From positions 1 through 30,063 of the IMG/VR virus record IMGVR_UViG_3300005521_000008: a stretch of DNA of 30,063 nucleotides. The stretch is one strand, 5' to 3'. The first letter of the stretch is position 1. The number at the start of each line of letters is the position of its first letter. Of this stretch, positions 1-8,733 are shown one piece after another. The notes under the pieces were generated by a model. It was not told the origin of the DNA, did not search any database, and saw nothing but the letters and a program-made list of their open reading frames with translations. The position numbers and the translations under genes are program-made. Source of the DNA: a virus (lineage: Duplodnaviria > Caudoviricetes).

Positions 1-89
1 GCTTTAGCTGAGGAATTAACATCTTCCAATAGAGGCAACGCTGTCTCTTCATTTGGTCTTGTGAATGTCATTGTTATTGTATATGCCAT
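1..89 (-). CDS. Hypothetical late-expressed protein, 5' portion only (MAYTITMTFTRPNEETALPLLEDVNSSAK...)
   Basis: ATG at 89 with an open frame to the window edge; CAGGGA SD-like sequence and a TATAAATA late promoter at 123-130 upstream. Not in the ORF track. Confidence 0.6.
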   Translation of the reverse strand, partial: MAYTITMTFTRPNEETALPLLEDVNSSAK

Positions 90-122
90 TGTTTTTTCCC
101 TGTTAAATTTTTAATACCTTAT

Positions 123-130
123 TATTTATA
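123..130 (-). promoter_or_regulatory. T4-type late promoter TATAAATA
   Basis: Exact consensus on the minus strand in an intergenic gap; overlaps a 6-bp inverted repeat (CCTTAT 117-122 / ATAAGG 128-133). Confidence 0.75.
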
Positions 131-135
131 AGGAT

Positions 136-453
136 TTAATCGTCTAAATAATGTTTTGTGGTATTTTTATCGTGTTCTGAGAGTGCTATAATACCGTAGT
201 GTAATACCTTCATAAGATCCTTTCTATGGTCCTCTGCGGTGCCTTTTCTACCGTATCGTTGTGCGTATTTCAGAATGTTTCCTATTGTAAATCCTATTCC
301 ATGTCCACAATCACTAATGAATTCTGTGGATTGAAATTTGTTCCTACTGTAATGGCCTGAATATGTGTCGTCGATATAACGACGGAGCTCGTCTATGAGC
401 TCCCCTTCGTTAAATTTATACCCTGGCTTAGGCGTCGTCTTCGATGCTGCCAT
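136..453 (-). CDS. Conserved T4-like phage protein, DUF3310-like
   Basis: Motifs TYSGHY, GNILKYAQRYGRKG and DLMKVLHY. Start moved to ATG 453 (MAASK) because AGGAGA lies upstream. Confidence 0.75.
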   Translation of the reverse strand: MAASKTTPKPGYKFNEGELIDELRRYIDDTYSGHYSRNKFQSTEFISDCGHGIGFTIGNILKYAQRYGRKGTAEDHRKDLMKVLHYGIIALSEHDKNTTKHYLDD

Positions 454-1618
454 CTTCGTGTATCTCCTGTTCAGTTGATTCTTCTTCTGCAAGTTCTACA
501 GTTGGGTCCACCTTGGCATACAAATCTATAAATGCGTCCTTGGTGTCTTCATCGAACCTGTTAACACAAAGTTGAACTGCTTTTTGTTTGTCGCTAAACA
601 CTGCAAAAGCGTTAACAATGTGCTCCAATCTACGAGTGCTTATTAACTCGTCTATTGCTCCTTCGTAATAAGTTTTTCTTATTACATCACTCCAAGTAAC
701 AAGGTGTGTCGCGAAGTCTTCATCAACATTGTTGACCTTTTCCATCTTCTTGATCACTATCTTTTTCTCGGTAGCCATTGTAGGGTACTCCTGCTCGACT
801 GTAATTGCAAACCTTTCTAGGAATGCCTCGTCAAGTATGTTGGCAGAAATAAATTTGCCATCATCTGAACCTCGACCCTTAGTATTGGCCGTAGCCACTA
901 AGTTAAATCCAGGAGCAGGAGTTACGGTTTCGCCTGTCTTCTTGTTGAAATAAGGCTTCCCCTCAAGGATGGCTTGTAAGCACATCAACTTGTTTGAACC
1001 CCTATCTACTTCATCAAGAATGAGAACAGCGCCCCGCTTCATCGCGGTGAGGACGGGCCCTTCTCTATACACGACATTACCGTCAACTAAAGTATTGCCA
1101 CCGATTAAATCATCCTCGTCGGTTTCAATACTGATATTAATTCTAATAGCTTCACGCTTTAGATTTGCACATACTTGTTCAACCATTGTGGTTTTACCAT
1201 TACCTGATAACCCACTAATAAATATTGGGTAGAACATGCTAGTGCTTAAAACTGTTTTTAGATCTTTGTAGAATCCAAATGGAACAAAAGTCTTGTCTTT
1301 TTCTGGGACAAGATTTTCTACATCAACTCTAAGTTGAGCTTGAACCAATTCTCTAGGCTGAGTTTCAACTACTGCTAAAGGTGTTTGTTGGGCTTGTGCA
1401 ATGGGCTGTGCCTCTGCAACCTGTCCACCAAACATACTGGTCAAATTATAAACGCCTCTGTCAACTTTGACTTCTGGCATTCCGTTAACCAACCATGCTG
1501 GGAAACCTAGGCCAATTTCTTTGGCAGTTTCTATGATTTGTTTACGAGTAAAAACTCCTGTGCCGTTGTCCTGGCTTTGGAGTGTGGAGATTAAGTTCTC
1601 TCTATCTATTGCTTTCAT
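428..1618 (-). CDS. MoxR-family AAA+ ATPase (phage CobS-like)
   Basis: Walker A GLSGNGKT, Walker B LILDEVD, ATANTKGRG, LDEAFLERF and ISTRRL; GAGGA SD before MKAID. Confidence 0.9.
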   Translation of the reverse strand: MKAIDRENLISTLQSQDNGTGVFTRKQIIETAKEIGLGFPAWLVNGMPEVKVDRGVYNLTSMFGGQVAEAQPIAQAQQTPLAVVETQPRELVQAQLRVDVENLVPEKDKTFVPFGFYKDLKTVLSTSMFYPIFISGLSGNGKTTMVEQVCANLKREAIRINISIETDEDDLIGGNTLVDGNVVYREGPVLTAMKRGAVLILDEVDRGSNKLMCLQAILEGKPYFNKKTGETVTPAPGFNLVATANTKGRGSDDGKFISANILDEAFLERFAITVEQEYPTMATEKKIVIKKMEKVNNVDEDFATHLVTWSDVIRKTYYEGAIDELISTRRLEHIVNAFAVFSDKQKAVQLCVNRFDEDTKDAFIDLYAKVDPTVELAEEESTEQEIHEDGSIEDDA

Positions 1619-1655
1619 ATTATATGTCCTCACATTTATTATTTAATATACCGTT

Positions 1656-1687
1656 ATTATGCACTCTGGCGAACCAAGAGTCAAGCA
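1656..1687 (-). promoter_or_regulatory. Sigma70-like early promoter TTGACT-N17-CATAAT (copy 1)
   Basis: 32 bp identical to 4431-4462; 17-bp spacer; an A-rich upstream element (AAAAGATTTCAAAAG) is also shared. Confidence 0.85.
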
Positions 1688-1829
1688 TTTTTATACATTC
1701 TTTTGAAATCTTTTTGTCCCTAAAAGGGGCTATGGCAGGGGCTAAATCCAGGGTACCTAGGGTATTACCTAGGCCTGCTAGGGCCCTTAGAGGGGTGCTA
1801 GTAGAGCCGTTTTTAGTTAGTCTTATCAT

Positions 1830-4394
1830 CTATGCCACTAAGTCTATGATCTGGTTAAGGAATGTTCTAGAAGTCTTCTTGTTTTTGTTGAAGTTTCTGA
1901 ACCCTCTAAGTAAGTCACCTTTCTTATTAGACTTAACAGTTAACTCTTGGTTATCAATATTCAAATCCTTCTGTCCTTTAAGTAGGAACCTAGCATCATA
2001 TCCAAATGCTGGTTCAGTAACTGTGAATTTATTCTTAAGAACTTCTTTCCAAGTAACTTCTAAAAAGTTTCTATCCATGTAGTAACTTGGTTCTTTATCT
2101 TCCATCCAATCTGTTGAAACGAATTCGTTATAAAAGGAGTCACGCTTGCCATCTACTATGTGGAAATTAAGTAGAGTGCTACCTGTTACTCTTTTGTAGA
2201 ACTCTAATAATGTAGCCGTTGTAACACCATCTCTTCTTGAGTAACTACTCTTACTTGGAAGCTGTGTTGTGCTACCACCTTTCTTAATAACTATTGGTTC
2301 ACCGTAAACTGCTCTAGTAAGTCTGTTGGATGAATGTTCAGCCATATCACGAGAAGTATCTCTGTAAGAAACTCCATCAGTTGCTCCACCATCTGTTAAG
2401 AATATTGTAGTCAACTTTTCTACACCATATTTGCTTTGGAAATCCTTGGCCACTTCTGGAGCTAACATAATTGCTGCGTTAAGTGGTGTACCACCTAGGG
2501 TAAAGTATTCGTTTTTAATTCGTCCAAAGTATGGGTTATCAGACTCTGAAACTTCTGAATAGTATCTGCTTCTATTGTAACCTATTTTCATAAGTAGTAA
2601 GTAGGACATTGCGTTAATAAACTGTGACTTCCTACATGTTGAACTTAACATGTGAACAAGTGCAAATGAATCGTCTGTTATAATCATCTCACCGTCTTCA
2701 CATGCTTCTATTTGAGCTCTGTTAAGATCTTTATTTTCACTATAAGGGCTAGTGCTTACACCACTATCATAATCATATGGACGATTGTTTGAAAATCCAT
2801 ATACATCAAATGGAATGTTAACCTTTCTGCAGAATAAAGCCATGTTCATCATCTGTTCTAGCGTACCAGCCATTTGCCTGTACATACTACCTGATAAATC
2901 AACATACATAATTATACCATGGTTTTTACCGTTAGGAATAATCATATTCTTTTGGAATAAGTCTTCAGTCAATTTGTAAGCCCAAAGTTTATCCTCATTT
3001 AATTGTCCTGTTTTAGATTCTCTAGCCTTCTTGTTGGCTGCTGCTGCTTTTTTAAGTTCAAACTGTTGAGCCATTGAGTTAATGATTGGAGCTGTTTCAG
3101 TTAGGAACTTCTTGTATAGTGTTTTACTAACTTCAGGAAGTTCTGAGTTAGGAAGTTCTGTTTCATTATAGTTCCAATAGTCATTAGAATCTTTTGTAAT
3201 CTTTGAAAGTTCTATACATTTATCCCAATCATATAGATCGTCCATTGAGACAATCCAGTCTTTAGCTTTATGAAGTTTTTGTGGTTTAAGATAAACAATT
3301 TCCTGAGCCTCTGTATCAACAAGTGACTTTTCATTATCTCTGAAAGCGTTATCTGTGATTGATGATTGGCCTTCTCCATTTAAGAATTCGTGCATTGGAT
3401 TTACTTCATCAATTTTGCCTTGAAGTTCTTCTTTCTTTTCTTTGTTTTTCTTTACGTCTTCGTTGAAAAGTTCATTAGCTTTTTGTTCTGCTTCGTATTC
3501 TTCAGCGCGTCTTTTTCTTTCTTCTAGGTACTTCTCATGTTCTTCTTTATACTCTTGTTCACGACGCTCATTGTATTCTTCATCGGTTTCATCTTCACCT
3601 TTACTACCACCAGGTGTTCCTGGTTTTGGGTTGCCCCACTCATCTTTGGTGTCATCTTCTTGAGCTTCACCTTCGCCTTCGCCTTCACCCTCGCCTTCTT
3701 CTTCATCATCTTCTTTCATATGATCTGGCATGTAGTTATTCCAATCAGGAGTTGATTCTTCTAAGTCATCCATTTCTGACATTAAATCATCTAACATCTG
3801 TTGAAGTGGTTCAAGTTCGTCTGCTCTTTCCTCAGCTTCTTTTGCTGAGATATCAGCTAACTCATGAGCTAATGTTTTGACATCATCCCATGTTTCTGTT
3901 TTTTCAACTCTGTTTAAAAACTCTTGTTCTTGTTCTGTGAATTTTAGACCTAGTAAGTGGCCAATTTTGAAATGTAAATTTACTCTATCTACAAATGGAA
4001 GCTTTGTTAAATCTTTACCTTTAACACCAAAAAAGTTTTTGTCGAATAATTCTTGGTAACCTTTATGGAATGACTTAACAAGTCCTGGGTATCTGGATTT
4101 TACTTTACGCTCAATTCTAGCGTCTTCAATAATGTTATAAAAAGCTTTGAGTTGAGGAGTATCACATACTGCGTCATGCCATCCTTCTTCAGGTGTTTCG
4201 TGTGCGTGTCCTACTTCATGTCCAATAAATAAATCATACATGGAGTTGGACATCTCTTTCCAAACAGGTAAATACAGTTTACGATTCTTAACATCAAATG
4301 CTGCTGTTGGCATTTTAGCGTCATGGATAACATCAATATCTTCTGTCGCTAGTAGTTTTGCTAATACTGATTTTACTTGAACATTGTTTGGCAT
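1830..4394 (-). CDS. HExxH metallopeptidase-like + VWA (CobT-like) protein, partner of the MoxR ATPase
   Basis: N-terminal GHEVGHA and NIIEDARIE; acidic linker with EGEGEGEGE; MIDAS motif YVDLSGSM, GGTPL and IFLTDG; adjacent to the AAA gene. Confidence 0.85.
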   Translation of the reverse strand: MPNNVQVKSVLAKLLATEDIDVIHDAKMPTAAFDVKNRKLYLPVWKEMSNSMYDLFIGHEVGHAHETPEEGWHDAVCDTPQLKAFYNIIEDARIERKVKSRYPGLVKSFHKGYQELFDKNFFGVKGKDLTKLPFVDRVNLHFKIGHLLGLKFTEQEQEFLNRVEKTETWDDVKTLAHELADISAKEAEERADELEPLQQMLDDLMSEMDDLEESTPDWNNYMPDHMKEDDEEEGEGEGEGEGEAQEDDTKDEWGNPKPGTPGGSKGEDETDEEYNERREQEYKEEHEKYLEERKRRAEEYEAEQKANELFNEDVKKNKEKKEELQGKIDEVNPMHEFLNGEGQSSITDNAFRDNEKSLVDTEAQEIVYLKPQKLHKAKDWIVSMDDLYDWDKCIELSKITKDSNDYWNYNETELPNSELPEVSKTLYKKFLTETAPIINSMAQQFELKKAAAANKKARESKTGQLNEDKLWAYKLTEDLFQKNMIIPNGKNHGIIMYVDLSGSMYRQMAGTLEQMMNMALFCRKVNIPFDVYGFSNNRPYDYDSGVSTSPYSENKDLNRAQIEACEDGEMIITDDSFALVHMLSSTCRKSQFINAMSYLLLMKIGYNRSRYYSEVSESDNPYFGRIKNEYFTLGGTPLNAAIMLAPEVAKDFQSKYGVEKLTTIFLTDGGATDGVSYRDTSRDMAEHSSNRLTRAVYGEPIVIKKGGSTTQLPSKSSYSRRDGVTTATLLEFYKRVTGSTLLNFHIVDGKRDSFYNEFVSTDWMEDKEPSYYMDRNFLEVTWKEVLKNKFTVTEPAFGYDARFLLKGQKDLNIDNQELTVKSNKKGDLLRGFRNFNKNKKTSRTFLNQIIDLVA

Positions 4395-4430
4395 ATCTAA
4401 AAGTCCTCACTTTTTATTTAATATACATAC

Positions 4431-4462
4431 ATTATGCACTCTGGCGAACCAAGAGTCAAGCA
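4431..4462 (-). promoter_or_regulatory. Sigma70-like early promoter TTGACT-N17-CATAAT (copy 2)
   Basis: Identical to 1656-1687; the downstream leader (GTATATTAAATAA...GTGAGGAC) is also shared. Confidence 0.85.
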
Positions 4463-4500
4463 CTTTATGCTAATCTTTTGAAATCTTTTCTATATTTATT

Positions 4501-6045
4501 TCAAAGACTTAGGTCCAAGGACAAAGATATTTCCCTTCCACCTGCTGAATATCCAGGTAAAATCTCAAAATTCCTGTCAAAAATGTCCCTAATTTGGAAC
4601 CCTATACGATATCTGGGTGTTAAATAGTAACCCATATTGAAGTTGAAACTTGATACATTATCAATAGGACTGCCATCAAAATCATTACCCTTATCAAACT
4701 GGCCTACATATGATATTAGATAGTCCCAACCAGGCAATGGTGAGCCACCATACCAGGATATTTTAGTTTTATATTTGGCTACTCTAATTCTATCTGAATC
4801 TGTATAACCAACCATCACATGTAATGCTCCATCATCTGAGAGTAAATGCCTCTGATACTTTATACCTTTGGATTCATATGATCCTGCATTTACATACATA
4901 TTATCTTGGAAGTTGTAATCAATACTTTCACTAAAATTATAATACCATGAAGTAAAATCTCCATATGATATTTGGAAACCTTCTCCTTTCTCAGGTTGTA
5001 AGTTAGGATTTCCTTTAACCCAATCATCACCATATCTCTCATATAAATTTGGTGCTCTAAAACTATTTGATATAGCCCACTTAACACCAGCAACATCAAA
5101 GCCAGCTCTTAATGTTATTTTATCCTCTTCATACCTAGCTCCAAAAGCAAATTGTTCTTGTGTATAATTTAAATAAGTTGCGAACCTCTGATCCCATGCA
5201 CCATTATATTCTTCTCTGTGTTGCTGTGCGCCTAGTAATAGGCCAGGTTTTACTTCTTTATTAGCATCTATAAAATACTTTTCACTAACTGCATTCCAAC
5301 CTGTATTGTGTTCAACATTATTACGACTATATCCTAGGGTAAGCCAATCACCTCTGATTGATGTGTCATACTTCCTTCCTTTTTGTGTGCAATCATTACT
5401 ACCACATGCATCATAATCATATTTGTAATCTTGCATTACTGAAATTACTTTCCATTGTTTCCATTCAGTTTTAGTTTTTAATGTAGTGTTCTCAAACCAA
5501 TCCTCTTCATTGTTATCTGTTTTAACAGAACCGTTGGAACCTTTATATCTAGAAACTTGAAACCAATCTGTTCCACCTATGAGGTAATTAAGTTTCTCAC
5601 CTGTCTTTAAAAAGAATTCTCTACCATCAAAGTTATCCTCTATAAGTATAGTGCCTGCCATTGAAGAACTACCATATAAAGAACTGTTAGGTCCGTGAAT
5701 TGTTTTGTATGATTGGAATGAAGGTAGATCAGTTCCAAAATCATACCAACCAGAGCCAGGATCATTAACAGGTATTCCGTTCCTATAGACTGCTGTATGT
5801 TTTACATCAGTTCCATTTGGACTATGTCCTGCAAATCCACCAACACCACCGGGTTGATATATTTTTGTTGAATCTAATCCTTCTATGACTGAATTGTCAT
5901 ATTCAGGTTGTGAATAACCTATGGATTCTTTTGCACCAACTACTATTATTTCTTCTAGATCAGAGGCCACCGCTTCAGATGCTATCATACATAAAAAAAG
6001 TATGCCCAAAATAATCAGAGCATACTTACCACTTCTCTTCTTCAT
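4501..6045 (-). CDS. TonB-dependent outer-membrane receptor (BtuB-like, compact)
   Basis: Signal peptide; TonB box-like EEIIVVG; plug motifs TAVYRNGIPVNDP and GPNSSLYGSSSMAGTILI; SFRAPNLYE and GNPNLQPEKG; C-terminal DIFDRNFE...GYSAGGREISLSLDLSL. Confidence 0.88.
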   Translation of the reverse strand: MKKRSGKYALIILGILFLCMIASEAVASDLEEIIVVGAKESIGYSQPEYDNSVIEGLDSTKIYQPGGVGGFAGHSPNGTDVKHTAVYRNGIPVNDPGSGWYDFGTDLPSFQSYKTIHGPNSSLYGSSSMAGTILIEDNFDGREFFLKTGEKLNYLIGGTDWFQVSRYKGSNGSVKTDNNEEDWFENTTLKTKTEWKQWKVISVMQDYKYDYDACGSNDCTQKGRKYDTSIRGDWLTLGYSRNNVEHNTGWNAVSEKYFIDANKEVKPGLLLGAQQHREEYNGAWDQRFATYLNYTQEQFAFGARYEEDKITLRAGFDVAGVKWAISNSFRAPNLYERYGDDWVKGNPNLQPEKGEGFQISYGDFTSWYYNFSESIDYNFQDNMYVNAGSYESKGIKYQRHLLSDDGALHVMVGYTDSDRIRVAKYKTKISWYGGSPLPGWDYLISYVGQFDKGNDFDGSPIDNVSSFNFNMGYYLTPRYRIGFQIRDIFDRNFEILPGYSAGGREISLSLDLSL

Positions 6046-6053
6046 ACTAATCC

Positions 6054-6497
6054 TTAATTATTAAAATCGAAAACGCCAGTAATTACTCCTGACTTTAAGT
6101 CCTCTACTAACTTACGACAACGGTAACCCCAATAAGAACCACACGGATATAAATCATGTTGGAGAATTACCTTATTTGAATGTTTGTTGTAGTAGCTACT
6201 TCCAGATGTTGAACAAGTAGGGACTGCATACAATGGCATGTTATTCGTATCCATTTCAAAATAGCATTGCATGTTTCTAGTTTTTTTATACCCAGGAACA
6301 ATAATAGTACCGTGTGGGAAGTGTGTTACATACGGTTCAATGGGGTGTTTATTTTTCTGCCATTCACTACCTAACCACCCACCAAATAAAATACCGCCAA
6401 TCACATCTCTTGTATCTGCTGCTTCTGCTTTAGGTGAAATGCCTGCTAACAAAGCAAATATAAACATTACAGCTGTAAATTTTGCAAATTCTTTCAT
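6054..6497 (-). CDS. Exported hypothetical protein (signal peptide, glycine-zipper-like segment, 4 Cys)
   Basis: MKEFAKF plus a hydrophobic core and AEA cleavage site; GGILFGGWLG; AGGAG SD. Confidence 0.7.
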   Translation of the reverse strand: MKEFAKFTAVMFIFALLAGISPKAEAADTRDVIGGILFGGWLGSEWQKNKHPIEPYVTHFPHGTIIVPGYKKTRNMQCYFEMDTNNMPLYAVPTCSTSGSSYYNKHSNKVILQHDLYPCGSYWGYRCRKLVEDLKSGVITGVFDFNN

Positions 6498-6520
6498 TTC
6501 TTTCTCCTATTTAACTACTA

Positions 6521-7126
6521 TTATGAAGTCTTTGAGGGCTTAAGTAAAGCTTTTTTCTCTGTTTTTGGTCCTCTAAGTTTTTTGTTCCTAGCTTCTAGTC
6601 GTTTGTTTACTTCTGCTGGATTCATCCAGTAGTCTTTGCCACCTATTATCTCTTGTAACTCTTTTGTATTTAAGAACTCTTTGTAAACTGTATTAAATAA
6701 GTGCCTGGCCCATTTATCATCTGCCATTACACCTGCCAATTGTTCACTCCCTTTACCCCAATTACCTGAACTGTATGTATGAAACATGAAGTGGCTATGT
6801 TCTGATATCTCACAAACATCTGCTGTTAAAAATACAAGTGTAGCTGCTGACATACACATACCTTCCACCGAAGCAATTACTGTCGCTGGTGTTTCTTGCA
6901 TAGCCCTCATCATTTGTATAGCTGTAAAGATCTCACCTCCGTTGGAATTAATATGAATGTAAACAACATCATTCTCTGAGGCTGCTCTCATCATTTGGTT
7001 CCAATCCTGATAGTCTTTTGCATCTCCTATTGAGCCTGTTAGATACAGGTCATAGATGTTAGCTACTGGTCTTTGGTATGCGTTCTGTAATTGGTTTTTA
7101 TTTAGTCCGCTGTTAGATTCGCTCAT
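6521..7126 (-). CDS. ClpP-like (S14) serine protease
   Basis: IHINSNGG, GMCMSAAT (catalytic Ser), FMFH (catalytic His) and KDYWM. Confidence 0.85.
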   Translation of the reverse strand: MSESNSGLNKNQLQNAYQRPVANIYDLYLTGSIGDAKDYQDWNQMMRAASENDVVYIHINSNGGEIFTAIQMMRAMQETPATVIASVEGMCMSAATLVFLTADVCEISEHSHFMFHTYSSGNWGKGSEQLAGVMADDKWARHLFNTVYKEFLNTKELQEIIGGKDYWMNPAEVNKRLEARNKKLRGPKTEKKALLKPSKTS

Positions 7127-7466
7127 AGTATCTTGTAACCGCCTTTATCTTTTCAATTTGTTTATCAATTATTGCCGTTCTATTTGGCCAATGTATATAT
7201 TCCTTTTCAGGATTTTTTTGTAAATTGTAAAGTAAAGGGAGGACAAGATCCTCTACATCACGAAGTTTGTTTGCCACATCTTGTTCGACTAGAGCTTTAT
7301 GCTCATCAACCATACCTGAGTTATCAATTTGAAGTAACTTAGCTTCTAATTGAACTATCTTATCTATGATTGCGTCTGAATCTACAGAAGGTGCTGCAGG
7401 AGCTGGTGTACCTGTTTGTTCAGGTTCATCAACCGCTGTAAAACCAAAGTCAAAATCTTCTGCCAT
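7113..7466 (-). CDS. Conserved hypothetical phage protein (DFDFGF...LQKNPEKEYIHWPNR)
   Basis: Clean ORF with AGGAG SD, directly behind a late promoter; overlaps the ClpP start. Confidence 0.8.
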   Translation of the reverse strand: MAEDFDFGFTAVDEPEQTGTPAPAAPSVDSDAIIDKIVQLEAKLLQIDNSGMVDEHKALVEQDVANKLRDVEDLVLPLLYNLQKNPEKEYIHWPNRTAIIDKQIEKIKAVTRYYERI

Positions 7467-7485
7467 CTGTTTCTCCTATTCCAAC

Positions 7486-7493
7486 TATTTATA
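7486..7493 (-). promoter_or_regulatory. T4-type late promoter TATAAATA
   Basis: Exact consensus overlapping the def stop codon, about 20 bp before ATG 7466. Confidence 0.7.
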
Positions 7494-8064
7494 ATTGCTT
7501 GGATCGTTTCTTAGATCTCTGGTACTTCTTTACCTTCTTATCTATAGCCTTAAATGCCCTATCTAATTTCATTTTAGATACTCTCATAGTAAAGTTCAGT
7601 CCTAACATGTGATCGTACTCATGTTGTATAACACGACTCGTTACACCTTCATAAGTTTCCATTTGTTCTTCACCATCCTCGTCCCAATATTTTATCATTG
7701 CCTGTTTAGGTCTTTTAACCATAAGCCACAAACCGGGAAAGGATAAACATCCTTCTTTCATTGATTCTGTTTCATCACCAACACCAACAATCAAAGGATT
7801 AAAGAATGCTTTTTGCATTCCATCTACTTGGCCATCTCCTATAACAAATACGGCCATATCTAAACCTACTTGATTAGCTGATAAACCTACTCCACCCAAG
7901 TCATTCATCTTTGTAAGTAATAATTTTGTTATTTCTTTTGCATCTTCTTTTTCAAAATCAAATGGGTTAGGTTTTCTTTTAAGTATAGGATCAGTAAAAG
8001 GTATCAACTCTAGTTCGTCTACAGCTGTTACTTCATTTGTTTCTGTTACTGTTACTTCTTCCAT
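7489..8064 (-). CDS. def: Peptide deformylase
   Basis: All three PDF motifs are present: GVGLSANQVG, EGCLS and QHEYDH. Confidence 0.95.
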   Translation of the reverse strand: MEEVTVTETNEVTAVDELELIPFTDPILKRKPNPFDFEKEDAKEITKLLLTKMNDLGGVGLSANQVGLDMAVFVIGDGQVDGMQKAFFNPLIVGVGDETESMKEGCLSFPGLWLMVKRPKQAMIKYWDEDGEEQMETYEGVTSRVIQHEYDHMLGLNFTMRVSKMKLDRAFKAIDKKVKKYQRSKKRSKQL

Positions 8065-8066
8065 AC

Positions 8067-8426
8067 TTATAAACCTAATTGATCAAATATTGCTTCATCA
8101 TATTTTACTGTAATCTCATCTCCTGCTGATACATCTTTCTCTATAACTAGAAAACATGAGACGCCATTTCTGAAATGATCTACTCTTGCATTGGGTGTAT
8201 TACTATGATTAACAAACGCTCCTAGTGCAGTACGCACCCACTCTTTCCGTTCCCAAGTTCTAGTTTCATCATCAAAGTTTTGCGTTAGAAAACTATGTGT
8301 CTCTCCTAACTCTGTATTAGCTGGTATGTCTGCCTTAGCAAACAAACCCTGTCCATCTATAGGACTGTCTTTTATATGTACTGTCGCTGGTAAAGGCCTA
8401 TAACCTCTACCCGTAAATTCACCCAT
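8067..8426 (-). CDS. SET-domain protein (putative lysine methyltransferase)
   Basis: SPIDGQGLFA, FVNHSNTPNA and AGDEITVKY. Confidence 0.88.
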   Translation of the reverse strand: MGEFTGRGYRPLPATVHIKDSPIDGQGLFAKADIPANTELGETHSFLTQNFDDETRTWERKEWVRTALGAFVNHSNTPNARVDHFRNGVSCFLVIEKDVSAGDEITVKYDEAIFDQLGL

Positions 8427-8733
8427 GTAATACCTCTAGTTGCTGATAGCCACCAATTGGTTCTCCATCTATAAATATTTGTGGGAATGTTCTAGCATCA
8501 GGAACCATTTCAAATAGTTCTTCAGCAGTATAATCTGCATCTAGTAATTTGTATTCATAATCTAATCCTTTTTGTTCGCATAGTGCTTTAGCTCTATCAC
8601 AAAAAGTACAACGGGGCTTTCCATATATTGTAATCATTTTCTTCCTTTTAAAAATTCTATCCCAATTATCTCTATAAGCGTCGTTGTCTTTACCTCTACG
8701 CTTACTTCCTTTTCCACCATGCCACTGGCTCAC
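8419..8733 (-). CDS. Glutaredoxin with an in-frame 32-aa basic N-terminal extension (alternative start at 8637)
   Basis: CTFC active site and TFPQIFIDGEPIGGY; internal ATG 8637 has an AAGGA SD. Confidence 0.88.
   Translation of the reverse strand: MSQWHGGKGSKRRGKDNDAYRDNWDRIFKRKKMITIYGKPRCTFCDRAKALCEQKGLDYEYKLLDADYTAEELFEMVPDARTFPQIFIDGEPIGGYQQLEVLHG

Noticed and set aside
1620-1829. 69-aa minus-strand ORF between the VWA and AAA genes
   Set aside because: It runs through a conserved promoter, has atypical composition and no clear SD. It is not called as a CDS, although its ATG abuts the upstream stop.
3660-3715. CCTTCG/CCTTCA hexamer repeats
   Set aside because: They encode the EGEGEGEGE low-complexity linker and are not an independent repeat element.
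1656-4462. 32-bp direct repeats flanking the VWA gene as attachment sites, mobile-element ends or CRISPR repeats
   Set aside because: They are fully explained as duplicated promoters; there is no integrase or transposase, and only two copies 2.8 kb apart.
428-6045. CobS-like + CobT-like + BtuB-like genes read as a cobalamin biosynthesis module
   Set aside because: MoxR/VWA pairs are common in T4-like phages without CobN. No other cob genes are present, and an early promoter separates the pair from the receptor. The adjacency is probably coincidental.
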